64,000 nt of DNA from NCBI GenBank assembly GCA_045565965.1, contig JBJLEJ010000003.1, positions 47,949 through 111,948 on the forward strand, written 5' to 3'. Source of the stretch: Pontiellaceae bacterium. GTDB lineage: Bacteria; Verrucomicrobiota; Kiritimatiellia; Kiritimatiellales; Pontiellaceae. Below, piece after piece: positions 23,629 to 33,125 of this stretch. The notes beneath the pieces were generated by a model that was not told the origin of the DNA, ran no database searches, and saw only the letters and a list, made by a program, of their open reading frames with translations. The first letter of the stretch is position 1; the number at the start of each line of letters is the position of its first letter. Both the position numbers and the translations under genes were made by a program.

Positions 23629-24788
23629 GAATGCACCGCGCGTGTGATAAGCTCGATGGCGTGGTCTATATCCGCGTCGCTGTGCGCGAGACTCAGGCTG
23701 ACACGTAAACGCGCCGTGCCTTCCGGAACAGTGGGTGGACGAATCGCACCTACTAAAATATCCTGCTCTCTCAAGCGATGAGCGATATGCATAACCTCCT
23801 CATTTTCTCCAACAACAACAGGAATGATTTGGCTTTCCGACTGAAGGGTATTTAATCCATTTTCGTGTAGAGCAGCACGAAACCGACTTGCGCGCTCAAG
23901 AAGTGTTCTGCCCATATTGGGAGTTTGCTCAAGTACGTCTAGTGCACCGAGTGCTGCGCCCACCTGAGCCGGTGGAGGTGCTGTGGTATAGATAAAGGAG
24001 CGTGAGTGTTGTACGAGATAACTTCGCATCTGTTCGGAACAGCAGACATAGCCGCCATAGCCTGCAAGAGCTTTGCTGAGTGTGCCCATGCTAAGCGTTA
24101 CCGAAGAGGTAAGATCGAGCTCGCAGACACGCCCCTCTCCATTTGGTCCATATAAGCCCACAGCATGCGCTTCATCCACCATCAACATAGCCTCATTATC
24201 AGCAGCAATCTGAGCAAGTTCTCTCAGAGGTGCAAGATCACCGTCCATACTGTAAACCGATTCAACTAGGATCAGTTTCCGTTGTCTTTTTCCCGCATGG
24301 CTTTCGAGTAGTTTTTTGAGATCCGCCGGATCATTGTGTTTGAAGCGCAACAATTTAGCACCGGAGAGGCGCACTCCATCAAGCATACACGCGTGAATTA
24401 GACGGTCGGCAAAGATGAGGTCATACCGATCTATGATATGAGGAATGGTTCCGAGACTGGTTAGATAGCCTGAACCGTAGAGGAGCGCATGAGGATAGTT
24501 TTTATGTAGAGCCAAGCGATCTTCTAATTCTTCGTGCAGGGATAGGGTGCCACTGACTAATCGTGATGCGGTTGCTCCGCTTCCATAGGTTTCGAGTGCG
24601 GTTCTTGCGCGTTCAATGACATGAGGGTGCTTTGAAAGGTTGAGATAATCATTTCCGGAAAAATTAAGAATACGCTTATCCGCATGCATGATCACTCCAC
24701 CGGTCTGTGCATGCACACGCGCTTGGCGAGTCAAACCCTGACCTGTTGCATCATCGAGCTTTTTTTGAATCCAATTCTCATCCATCAT
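23625..24788 (-). CDS. bioF: 8-amino-7-oxononanoate synthase
   Basis: NFSGNDYLNL, GATASRLVSG, ESVYSMDGD, DEAHA, TLSKA, IRPPTVP. Confidence 0.96.
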   Translation of the reverse strand: MMDENWIQKKLDDATGQGLTRQARVHAQTGGVIMHADKRILNFSGNDYLNLSKHPHVIERARTALETYGSGATASRLVSGTLSLHEELEDRLALHKNYPHALLYGSGYLTSLGTIPHIIDRYDLIFADRLIHACMLDGVRLSGAKLLRFKHNDPADLKKLLESHAGKRQRKLILVESVYSMDGDLAPLRELAQIAADNEAMLMVDEAHAVGLYGPNGEGRVCELDLTSSVTLSMGTLSKALAGYGGYVCCSEQMRSYLVQHSRSFIYTTAPPPAQVGAALGALDVLEQTPNMGRTLLERASRFRAALHENGLNTLQSESQIIPVVVGENEEVMHIAHRLREQDILVGAIRPPTVPEGTARLRVSLSLAHSDADIDHAIELITRAVHS

Positions 24789-24937
24789 CAGAAAAAGATA
24801 CTGTCTTAAATCAGGAGTGGGAAATTATTTATGATTCAATATCGCAGATGATCGTAGCTGGAGAGCTATAGTGCTTTTAGATTTTCATTAGGTGCATCAG
24901 CTGATACGTTGTTTACGTTCAGTTTTGGGAGTGAGAT

Positions 24938-26686
24938 ATGAGTTTTGATCAAAATCGTGCCCATCCAGATGGATGGGATAAGAGTAAGTTAGTCAGTCGC
25001 TATGTGACAGAGGGTGTAGAAAGTGCTCCACACAGATCCTATTATTATGCCATGGGGCTCAGCGAAGAGCAGATTCATCAACCTCTAGTTGGGGTAGCTA
25101 CCTGTTGGAATGAGGCAGCGCCTTGCAATATTGCTCTTTCTCGTCAGGCGCAAGCGGTCAAAAAAGGGGTAGATGCCGCTGAAGCCACCCCGCGCGAATT
25201 TACAACCATTACGGTGACCGATGGCATAGCCATGGGGCATGAAGGGATGCGTTCGTCGCTGGTCTCTCGTGAGGTGATTGCGGATTCGGTTGAGTTAACC
25301 ATGCGCGGTCATTGTTATGACGCTTTAGTTGGGCTCGCTGGCTGCGATAAATCACTACCGGCGATGATGATGGTGATGTTGCGCTTAAATGTTCCTTCGG
25401 TATTCATGTATGGTGGGACTATCTTGCCTGGTAATTTTCGGGGCAAAGATGTGGATGTGGTTAATGTCTTTGAGGCAGTCGGTAAACACGCCAGTGGCGA
25501 ATTCTCGGATGCCGATTTAAAAGAACTTGAGTGCGTTGCCTGTCCATCGGCGGGTGCTTGCGGTGGACAATTTACAGCCAATACGATGGCATGTGTATCT
25601 GAAGCCATTGGGCTGGCCCTTCCCAATTCAGCTGGTGCTCCTGCTCCCTACGAGAGTCGAGATGCTTATGCAGAGGCGTCCGGTGCGGCTGTGGTAGAAT
25701 TGATTAAAAATGGTGGACCCTATCCAAGAGATATTGTAACGCGTAAATCGATGGAAAATGCGGCGGCTATTGTGGCTGCCACGGGGGGCTCAACCAACGC
25801 CGCTTTACATCTTCCGGCGATGGCGCATGAAGCGGGCATCGATTTTAATCTGTTTGATGTCGCTGAAATCTTCAAAAAGACACCTTATATCGCTAATTTA
25901 CGACCCGGCGGAAAATATGTAGCCAAAGATCTATTTGATGTGGGTGGGGTCGGAATCGTTATCAAAGAATTGCTCGATTATGGCTATATGCATGGCGATT
26001 GCATTACGGTTACCGGCAAGACGTTGGCGGAAAATTATGCACAGGTAACCTTACCTGAGAATCAGGATGTAGTTTTTCCTATTTCAAATCCGATTCATCC
26101 AACCGGAGGCGTGGTCGGTTTGAAAGGTAACCTCGCTCCCGAAGGTGGTATTGTAAAGATTGCTGGACTCAAAGAGCTGGTGTTTGAAGGGCCGGCGCGA
26201 GTATTTGACGGAGAACAGGAGGCATTTGAGGCGGTCCAAAAGAGAGAATATGAGGATGGTGAAGTATTGGTGGTTCGCTATGAGGGAGCCAAAGGCGGCC
26301 CTGGTATGCGAGAAATGCTATCCACAACGGCTGCACTCTATGGGCAGGGAGCCGGAGACAAAGTAGCCTTGATTACTGATGGCCGTTTTTCAGGAGGCAC
26401 GCGTGGATTTTGTATTGGGCATATCGGTCCCGAGGCGGCTGTGGGCGGTCCAATCGGGTTGTTACGAGACGGAGATATAATCCGTATAGATGCCGAGGCG
26501 GGCACGTTAGATGTGAAGTTAAGTGATGAAGAGCTGGTGGATCGGAAAGCGGCTTGGCAGCCCCGCGAAACTCAATACACATCGGGCGCCTTGCACAAAT
26601 TTGCTCAGCTGGTAGGTCCCGCACGTGATGGCGCGGTTACGCACCCCGGAGCAAAGGCAGAAAAGCACACCTTTGTGGATCTTTAA
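24938..26686 (+). CDS. ilvD: Dihydroxy-acid dehydratase
   Basis: [50 protein letters not shown]. Confidence 0.97.
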   Translation: MSFDQNRAHPDGWDKSKLVSRYVTEGVESAPHRSYYYAMGLSEEQIHQPLVGVATCWNEAAPCNIALSRQAQAVKKGVDAAEATPREFTTITVTDGIAMGHEGMRSSLVSREVIADSVELTMRGHCYDALVGLAGCDKSLPAMMMVMLRLNVPSVFMYGGTILPGNFRGKDVDVVNVFEAVGKHASGEFSDADLKELECVACPSAGACGGQFTANTMACVSEAIGLALPNSAGAPAPYESRDAYAEASGAAVVELIKNGGPYPRDIVTRKSMENAAAIVAATGGSTNAALHLPAMAHEAGIDFNLFDVAEIFKKTPYIANLRPGGKYVAKDLFDVGGVGIVIKELLDYGYMHGDCITVTGKTLAENYAQVTLPENQDVVFPISNPIHPTGGVVGLKGNLAPEGGIVKIAGLKELVFEGPARVFDGEQEAFEAVQKREYEDGEVLVVRYEGAKGGPGMREMLSTTAALYGQGAGDKVALITDGRFSGGTRGFCIGHIGPEAAVGGPIGLLRDGDIIRIDAEAGTLDVKLSDEELVDRKAAWQPRETQYTSGALHKFAQLVGPARDGAVTHPGAKAEKHTFVDL

Positions 26687-27462
26687 TCACTTCGCTCCTC
26701 GGGTGGCTCGAGGCAGTCGCTAAATAGTTTGAGTAGATGGGTATAATAGTGCTCTAACTCGTTTTCGATATTGGCTTCGGCGGTGAGTCGGATTTCGACG
26801 CGTCCTTGTGCAGGATAGAAGCCGGGTTCAATTCCTTTAGGTAGCGAGAGGTTATAGAGCTGCATTCGTTCAACAATATCAGATTCGCCGATGCCGCGGG
26901 TGTGAATGGATCGAATCAGCTTGGGGGTGAGGTGAGCGTATTGATTTTTTAGTTCAGGAAGAATGGATTTTTCGATGATAGCATTAAATTCATTCGGCGG
27001 CCCAGGGAGAAGATAGCAACATTTGTTTTCGGGTAGATCAATTCGTTGGGCGGGAGCGGCTCCGATGGGGTTGGGTAGGACGGTAGCCTCTCCGAGGATG
27101 AGTGCTTGGCGTAGACCAATGGCGTTGAGTCTTCGACCGCGCTTTTGATACCACTCTTCGAGATAGTTGGCGGTGGGCGTGTGCTGTTGAATGCTACGAT
27201 TGAATAGGTCGGCAAGGGCATCACGAGTGATATCATCGACGGTGGGACCGAGCCCGCCGCTGATAAATAGGATGGGCGTGCGTTTGAGTGCTTCTTGTGC
27301 AACGGATTTGATGAGGCCGATATCATCTCCAATAGAGGTATCACGCGTGAGATCAATGCCAATCGAGAAGAGAGCCGCCCCGAGATCTCGTCCGTGCGTA
27401 TTGAGCGTGCGTCCAGATAAAAGTTCGTTGCCAATGGAGATGAGTTCAGCGGTTGGTTTCAT
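26683..27462 (-). CDS. CinA-like protein, N-terminal MoCF/COG1058 domain only (no PncC domain)
   Basis: [43 protein letters not shown]; ends at 259 aa. Confidence 0.85.
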   Translation of the reverse strand: MKPTAELISIGNELLSGRTLNTHGRDLGAALFSIGIDLTRDTSIGDDIGLIKSVAQEALKRTPILFISGGLGPTVDDITRDALADLFNRSIQQHTPTANYLEEWYQKRGRRLNAIGLRQALILGEATVLPNPIGAAPAQRIDLPENKCCYLLPGPPNEFNAIIEKSILPELKNQYAHLTPKLIRSIHTRGIGESDIVERMQLYNLSLPKGIEPGFYPAQGRVEIRLTAEANIENELEHYYTHLLKLFSDCLEPPEERSD

Positions 27463-27582
27463 AATACTTCTTTCGATTTGTATCCTCTATTTTCTTCGTA
27501 TGAATTGGTATGTTGATACAGGAGCTGAAGATCAATGCGAGGTTTCTTTACGAGACGGGATAGATTTTCTAGGTTGTTTGAG

Positions 27583-28488
27583 ATGAAAGATTCTATACAA
27601 GTAGATGAATCGATGGTGGGTTTGCGGTTGGATCAGGCAATGGCAGCTGGCACGGAGATGAGTCGATCGCAGGTGAAGCGGTTGATTGAGAGTGGTCGGG
27701 TTACCCTGAATGGGGTTATGGTCAAAGCACGGGCTTCGTTGTCGGTGGGAGATTCAATTGCTTGGGTGTGCGAGGCTTTAATAGAGGAGGGACCCCAGCC
27801 TGAGGCGATTGCGCTGGATGTACTGTTTGAGGATGAGTCTATTTTGGTATTGAACAAGCCGGCGGGATTGTTGGTACATCCGGGTGCAGGACATCGGGGT
27901 GGGACGCTGTTGAATGGGTTGCTTGGGTATGATGCTGTTTTTTCTTCGGTCGACCGGGCAGGGATTGTTCATCGGCTGGATAAAGATACAAGTGGGGTGC
28001 TCGTGGTGGCAAAGACGGAATCGGCTCAGATGAATTTGCAGGCTCAGTTTAAATGGCGAACAACGGAGAAGCGCTATACGGCGTTGGTGCAGGGCATTCC
28101 TCCAGCAGCGATGCAGTTGGAGCATAAATTGGGGCGACATCCGGTGCATCGAAAAAAACAAGCGGTTTTAAAGAAGGAAGGTAGGATGGCTATTTCGCAG
28201 GTATATCGAGAGGCGATTTTTGGAGCCGCTGCTCAGGTGGGGGTAGAAATTGAGACGGGGCGAACACATCAGATTCGGGTGCAGATGGCGCATATGGGCC
28301 ATGCGGTTCTCGGAGATGCGTTGTATAGCCCGCGCAAACGTTTTTCAGCGGTGGAAGTGGGGCGGCAGATGTTGCATGCAAGTCGGCTTTCTTTTAGGCA
28401 TCCGGAGAGTGAAAAGCACTTTTGCTTTGAGGTGCCTTTGCCGGATGATATGATCCAGTGTATTGAAAAACTACGGGAGTGTATGTAA
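27583..28488 (+). CDS. RluA/RluD family pseudouridine synthase with S4 domain
   Basis: RLD..SRS S4 domain, NKPAGLLVHPG, HRLDKDTSG, TGRTHQIR, MLHA. Confidence 0.95.
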   Translation: MKDSIQVDESMVGLRLDQAMAAGTEMSRSQVKRLIESGRVTLNGVMVKARASLSVGDSIAWVCEALIEEGPQPEAIALDVLFEDESILVLNKPAGLLVHPGAGHRGGTLLNGLLGYDAVFSSVDRAGIVHRLDKDTSGVLVVAKTESAQMNLQAQFKWRTTEKRYTALVQGIPPAAMQLEHKLGRHPVHRKKQAVLKKEGRMAISQVYREAIFGAAAQVGVEIETGRTHQIRVQMAHMGHAVLGDALYSPRKRFSAVEVGRQMLHASRLSFRHPESEKHFCFEVPLPDDMIQCIEKLRECM

Positions 28489-29108
28489 TGGTGGAGCCAT
28501 CTTTATCATCAGTTCTTGCGGGATTAGAGTCCTATTTAGCCTATGAAAAACTGCAAGGAGTCACGCGGGTGGAGATGAATCAAGCGGTGCGTGATTCGTT
28601 GCTTGAAGAGGTGGATCTGTCGGTGATTAGGGCTTCAGAAGGGAAGACCTTGGAGGCCCCGTTGTTACCTGATACCTTAAAGGAGTTGTTTGTGGTAGAG
28701 GGTCTGTCGAATATGCCAGCGATTCTTTTTTTATGTGAAGAGAGTGAGGCCGCATCGGTGTATGCGGATGAGCAGGGCGCTTTATTGAGCCGTATGATTA
28801 AGGCGATGGAGCAGACGGAGGATCAGGTGGGGGTTGTGCGGTTGCCCTCGAATCTGAAAAATGGAGTTGATGAGATGGGCTCTCTTTTTGAGGAGGTTTC
28901 CCCTCGTTCTTGTGTGGTTTTTGGTGGGACGATTCTAGAGCATCTGCTGGGTAAGCGGGTGGCTTTTGAATCGATGCGCGGGCGTTGGATTGAGTTAAAT
29001 GGGGTACGGTTGATGCCAACGCATGCCCTGAGCCATATGCTGAAAAGCCCTTCGGTGAAGAAGGAGACCTGGCAAGATTTACAGCGGGTAATGGAATATC
29101 TGAAGTAG
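28488..29108 (+). CDS. Uracil-DNA glycosylase family 4-like protein, degenerate
   Basis: G.LL.RMI.AM, RGRW, PTH....L..P..KKETWQDL C-terminus resembles UDG-4; catalytic and Fe-S motifs are absent. Confidence 0.6.
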   Translation: MVEPSLSSVLAGLESYLAYEKLQGVTRVEMNQAVRDSLLEEVDLSVIRASEGKTLEAPLLPDTLKELFVVEGLSNMPAILFLCEESEAASVYADEQGALLSRMIKAMEQTEDQVGVVRLPSNLKNGVDEMGSLFEEVSPRSCVVFGGTILEHLLGKRVAFESMRGRWIELNGVRLMPTHALSHMLKSPSVKKETWQDLQRVMEYLK

Positions 29109-29168
29109 ACTTGAACGAGTTGATCGATTCGAGGTCAGAAGGCGTTTGGATAGGCGAGTAATAGACGT

Positions 29169-29762
29169 ATGACGGACGAAAATCTAGAGCCGAAGCAGGA
29201 TGATAGCCAGTGGGTTGAATTAGCGAAAATAGGCGATACGGCTGCGTTTAATAAATTAGTCAATCTCTACCATTCTCGGATTTACACATTAACGTATCAA
29301 ATGACCTCGAATCGGGAGGATGCGGAAGATTTAACCCAAGAAATTTTTGTGAAGGCGTTTGAGGCTTTACCTCGGTTTAAAGGGAAGGCCTCTTTTTATA
29401 CATGGCTTTATCGGATTGGGATTAATAAAACGATTAATTATCGGAAGAAGCGTAATCGCAATCGCCCGTTGAGTTTGGATGCGATGGAGCAGGAGGTGAA
29501 GCAGGATGAGAGTTATCATGATCTGATTAGTAAAGACTCACCGTTGCGTAATCTGAGTTTAAGTGAGTTACAATTAAAATTGAACGAAGCGATGCAACGG
29601 CTGTCAGAAAAACACAGAACCGTTGTAGTTATGCATGATATGCAAGGAATGCCGCATGATGAAATCGCAAAAGTTGTTGGGGTTTCAGTGGGAACTATTC
29701 GGTCTCGGTTATTTTACGCCCGTCGACAATTACAGGCGGATTTAGGGGAGTACATTAGATGA
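29169..29762 (+). CDS. ECF RNA polymerase sigma factor (RpoE-like)
   Basis: GD..AF..LV, DAEDLTQEIF, FYTWLYRI, EIAKVVGVSVGTIRSRLFYAR. Confidence 0.95.
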   Translation: MTDENLEPKQDDSQWVELAKIGDTAAFNKLVNLYHSRIYTLTYQMTSNREDAEDLTQEIFVKAFEALPRFKGKASFYTWLYRIGINKTINYRKKRNRNRPLSLDAMEQEVKQDESYHDLISKDSPLRNLSLSELQLKLNEAMQRLSEKHRTVVVMHDMQGMPHDEIAKVVGVSVGTIRSRLFYARRQLQADLGEYIR

Positions 29763-30211
29763 GCCAACAGAGAGAGCGAGAGTCAGGGTCGAGTGAGGAT
29801 CAGCTTGTGAAGATGCTGCATTTAAAAAGATATGAATCGGCGGATAGAGAGCGGATGCTCCAGAATCGGCAACATATTATGCGGGAAGTGCGTTCTATTC
29901 AGGCAGAACGGAAGTCGCCTATACAGGATTGGTTAAAGGCGTATTGGGGAGAGGTCTGTGCGGAGCCCAAATATGGTTTTACATTGGCGTTAATTCTTCT
30001 CTTTTTTTCTTTCATACAGGTTATAGGAATCGATCAAACCCACTCAGAAATGAGTGCGGTTGCAGACGCTGATTTAAGTGGGCTTCCTGTGGAGGAGTTG
30101 CCTCTGGATGATGAGGAGACCTATCCCGATTTACCGGCTCATCATCGTTTATTTGCTCCGCCCACGGGGGGCGATGGAACTGTATTGCCTGCCAATTTTG
30201 AATTTGAGTAA
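29759..30211 (+). CDS. Single-TM protein, putative anti-sigma factor
   Basis: Overlaps the sigma stop; cytoplasmic N-terminus, one TM, acidic C-terminus; function inferred from position only. Confidence 0.5.
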   Translation: MSQQRERESGSSEDQLVKMLHLKRYESADRERMLQNRQHIMREVRSIQAERKSPIQDWLKAYWGEVCAEPKYGFTLALILLFFSFIQVIGIDQTHSEMSAVADADLSGLPVEELPLDDEETYPDLPAHHRLFAPPTGGDGTVLPANFEFE

Positions 30212-30278
30212 GTATTTATTCAATCGTTATCTCCTAAAGAGAGGCGCGGAGGGATACGTGCCCCTGCTTTTTTATCTT

Positions 30279-31958
30279 CTAGGGAATTGGGAAATGAGCG
30301 GTGAGTTGTAGGACTTCTTTTCGGACTTCCTTAATAGAAGCATCATCTTGCGGGCGGTTGACAACCCGTTTGATTAGCGAAGCAATCTGTTCCATTTCAG
30401 CCTCTTTCATACCGCGGGTTGTCACAGCAGGGGTTCCAATTCGAATGCCGGAGGTTACGAAAGGACTCTTCGTATCGAAAGGAATGGAGTTTTTATTTAC
30501 GGTAATGGCTGCTCGATCAAGCGCCGCGGCCGCATCTTTTCCAGTGGTTTCAGTGGCAGATAAATCCACAAGCATAAGATGATTATCGGTGCCCCCAGAG
30601 ACGAGTCTAATGGACTCATCGGTCAGGGCAGTAGCCATACTTACGGCATTTTTAACGACTTGTTTCATATAGTCTTTAAAGGCCGGCTGTAGAGCTTCAC
30701 CAAAACAGACCGCTTTGGCTGCAATGGTATGCATGAGCGGCCCGCCTTGTGTGCCTGGGAAGATATGTTTATCGATATCGGCAGCATAGGCTTCTTTGCA
30801 AAGAATGAGGCCACCACGAGGGCCACGTAGGGTTTTATGTGTGGTGGTAGTTACGAAGTCAGCAAGAGGCGCAGGATTAGGATGACATCCAGCCGCTACT
30901 AAGCCTGAGATATGCGCCATATCTACCATCATTAGTGCGCCCACTTCATCGGCAATTTCGCGAATGCGCTTAAAATCGATGATGCGTGAGTATGCGCTTG
31001 CTCCGGCAACAATCAGCTTGGGCTGATGTTCTTGAGCGAGCTTTTGAATATTTTCGTAATCAATCTGTTCGGTTTCTTGATTCACACCATAGGGAACAAT
31101 ATTGAAGAGGCGTCCTGAAAAGTTCATGGGGTGACCGTGGGTGAGGTGACCGCCTTCTGCGAGACTCATCGCTAAGATGGTATCGCCGGGTTGAAGTTGC
31201 GAAAAATAGACTGCCATGTTGGCGCCGCTCCCGCTGTGCGGTTGAACATTGGCGTGTTCGGCACCAAAGAGTTCTTTGGCTCGATCGATCGCTAGCTTTT
31301 CGGCGCCATCAACCCATTCGCAGCCGTTGTACCAGCGTTTTCCGGGGTAGCCTTCTGCATATTTATTAGTCATGCGGGAGCCTTGTACTTCGCGTACGGC
31401 TTTACTGGTAATATTTTCGGAGGCGATAAGTTCGATATTTTCTTTTTGCCGCTGATCCTCTTGTTGGAGGAGTTTGTAAATGGCGGGATCACTTTGTCGA
31501 ATGGTGAGGGTTCCGTCGACTTCGCTTGCATGTGAGTTTATTTTATCTATACGTCGTTTATGGCGATCTCCGGCAAATGCAGTTTTGAGCCATACGGTAA
31601 GGATATCAGTTGCTTTTGATTCATCAGTATGTAGGCTGCCGAGACAGAGGACATTAGCATTGTTGTGTTCTCGGGAGAGACGCGTGGTTTCGGTGTTAAC
31701 GCATAGGGCAGCGCGAACGCCCGGAAATTTATTGGCCGTGATACTCATGCCAATACCGGATTTACAGACAATGATACCTTGATCTGCTCGTCCTTGAGAG
31801 ACGTCTGCTGCCACGGCGGCGGCGTGATCGGGATAGTCGGCTGATTCAGTTCCAAAGCAGCCATGATCTTCGATCGCTATTCCACGTTCCTCGAGTAGTT
31901 CCACCAAAAGGTGTTTCAGATTAAATCCCCCATGATCCGATCCAATCGCAATCTTCAT
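30279..31958 (-). CDS. glyA: Fusion of ribose-5-phosphate isomerase B and serine hydroxymethyltransferase
   Basis: aa1-~143 RpiB (IGSDHGG, DYPD, CKSGIG, REHNNAN, RH.RRI); remainder GlyA ([35 protein letters not shown]). Confidence 0.95.
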   Translation of the reverse strand: MKIAIGSDHGGFNLKHLLVELLEERGIAIEDHGCFGTESADYPDHAAAVAADVSQGRADQGIIVCKSGIGMSITANKFPGVRAALCVNTETTRLSREHNNANVLCLGSLHTDESKATDILTVWLKTAFAGDRHKRRIDKINSHASEVDGTLTIRQSDPAIYKLLQQEDQRQKENIELIASENITSKAVREVQGSRMTNKYAEGYPGKRWYNGCEWVDGAEKLAIDRAKELFGAEHANVQPHSGSGANMAVYFSQLQPGDTILAMSLAEGGHLTHGHPMNFSGRLFNIVPYGVNQETEQIDYENIQKLAQEHQPKLIVAGASAYSRIIDFKRIREIADEVGALMMVDMAHISGLVAAGCHPNPAPLADFVTTTTHKTLRGPRGGLILCKEAYAADIDKHIFPGTQGGPLMHTIAAKAVCFGEALQPAFKDYMKQVVKNAVSMATALTDESIRLVSGGTDNHLMLVDLSATETTGKDAAAALDRAAITVNKNSIPFDTKSPFVTSGIRIGTPAVTTRGMKEAEMEQIASLIKRVVNRPQDDASIKEVRKEVLQLTAHFPIP

Positions 31959-31976
31959 TTTATTCCTTTTCTTTTT

Positions 31977-32432
31977 TCAGGGTTCACCTAGGCGCAAGAA
32001 AAGAATGAGCTCAAGAACAGCTCGTTCAATCTCATCTCGCGTCTGTTTATAAATTTCTAACGATCCGCCAAACGGGTCGCAAATATCTTCGACTTTCGAG
32101 GTTCCGAGTTCGTTAATCAAGTAAACTCGGTGAGCAACCTCAGGAAAAGTGTTGTGGAGGTGTTCGCGATGGGATTCGGTCATGACGAGAATGAGGTCGG
32201 CTTGGTCAACTATTTCAGCGGTGAGAAGCTGGCTGCTATGACGTGAAAGATCTGCCCCCAGTTCGCTCGTAACAATGCGCGCTTCGAGTGAGGCGGGCAT
32301 TCCGATATGGGCGTTGAGACCGGCTGATCGTACTTTCCATGGATTTTTATTGCCTGCACGGAGTCGAAAAAGGGCTTCTGCCATGGGGCTACGGCATGTA
32401 TTACCTGTGCAGATAAAAAGAATATTTTTCAT
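31977..32432 (-). CDS. Low-molecular-weight protein tyrosine/arginine phosphatase (YwlE-like)
   Basis: CTGNTCRSPMAE P-loop, DPFGG. Confidence 0.93.
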   Translation of the reverse strand: MKNILFICTGNTCRSPMAEALFRLRAGNKNPWKVRSAGLNAHIGMPASLEARIVTSELGADLSRHSSQLLTAEIVDQADLILVMTESHREHLHNTFPEVAHRVYLINELGTSKVEDICDPFGGSLEIYKQTRDEIERAVLELILFLRLGEP

Positions 32433-33040
32433 GAAGCCAACCCGTTGTTAAAGACGGTCTCGAGCATGGAGAAGCTGAGGGCTCCTTCACGGAGACTTTC
32501 GAGGTGGTGGTTATGGATTTTTATCACAGCACTGGGGATGGCTTGTTCGGCAGTTGGTCCGCTGTCTAAGGTGAGATCAGCCGCTAGGTGATTTGTTTCA
32601 TCGGCGGTGCGAGGATCCCTTTCTCCGCTTCGATTTGCACTGGTGAGTGCAATGGAAGATCCGAAGGCAGTTGCTACGGCTATAGGAATGGAGTGGTCGG
32701 GCACGCGGAAACCGGTCCAGCCCATTTCGGTTTCAAGCACTAAGGTTAGCGGTCCTGGCCAGTAGGTTTGACAGAGGGCTTGGATGCCTTTGTTCCAATG
32801 AAGGGCTAGCGATTTAGCTTGAGTGGAAGAGGCGACGAGCCGAGCGATGGGTTTGTTGGCGTCGCGTCCTTTTATAGATTGAAGGCGTTTTAGAGCTTCG
32901 GGTTGGATGGGATCGCAGGCAATACCGTAGACGGTTTCAGTGGGTAGAATCACCAATCCTCCCGAAGCTAGGCACTTTGCAGCTTTTGCGATCACAGCTG
33001 CATCTAGCTGATTGGGATTGACTGGGAGTACGAAACTCAT
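32429..33040 (-). CDS. tsaC: L-threonylcarbamoyladenylate synthase (TsaC/Sua5)
   Basis: PTETVYG, KGR..KP, WPGPLT, RVPDH, TSANRSG. Confidence 0.94.
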   Translation of the reverse strand: MSFVLPVNPNQLDAAVIAKAAKCLASGGLVILPTETVYGIACDPIQPEALKRLQSIKGRDANKPIARLVASSTQAKSLALHWNKGIQALCQTYWPGPLTLVLETEMGWTGFRVPDHSIPIAVATAFGSSIALTSANRSGERDPRTADETNHLAADLTLDSGPTAEQAIPSAVIKIHNHHLESLREGALSFSMLETVFNNGLAS

Positions 33041-33125
33041 GGGTATATAGTACGCGCCTCCTATTCATTTTCAAGAGGACTCTTTTTTTACTGTCTTTCA
33101 TGGAGTGCCTCGTTACTGTTTCGAA

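Noticed and set aside
30238-30275. Hairpin between the converging anti-sigma-like gene and glyA
   Set aside because: Imperfect stem; may be a terminator but too weak to call
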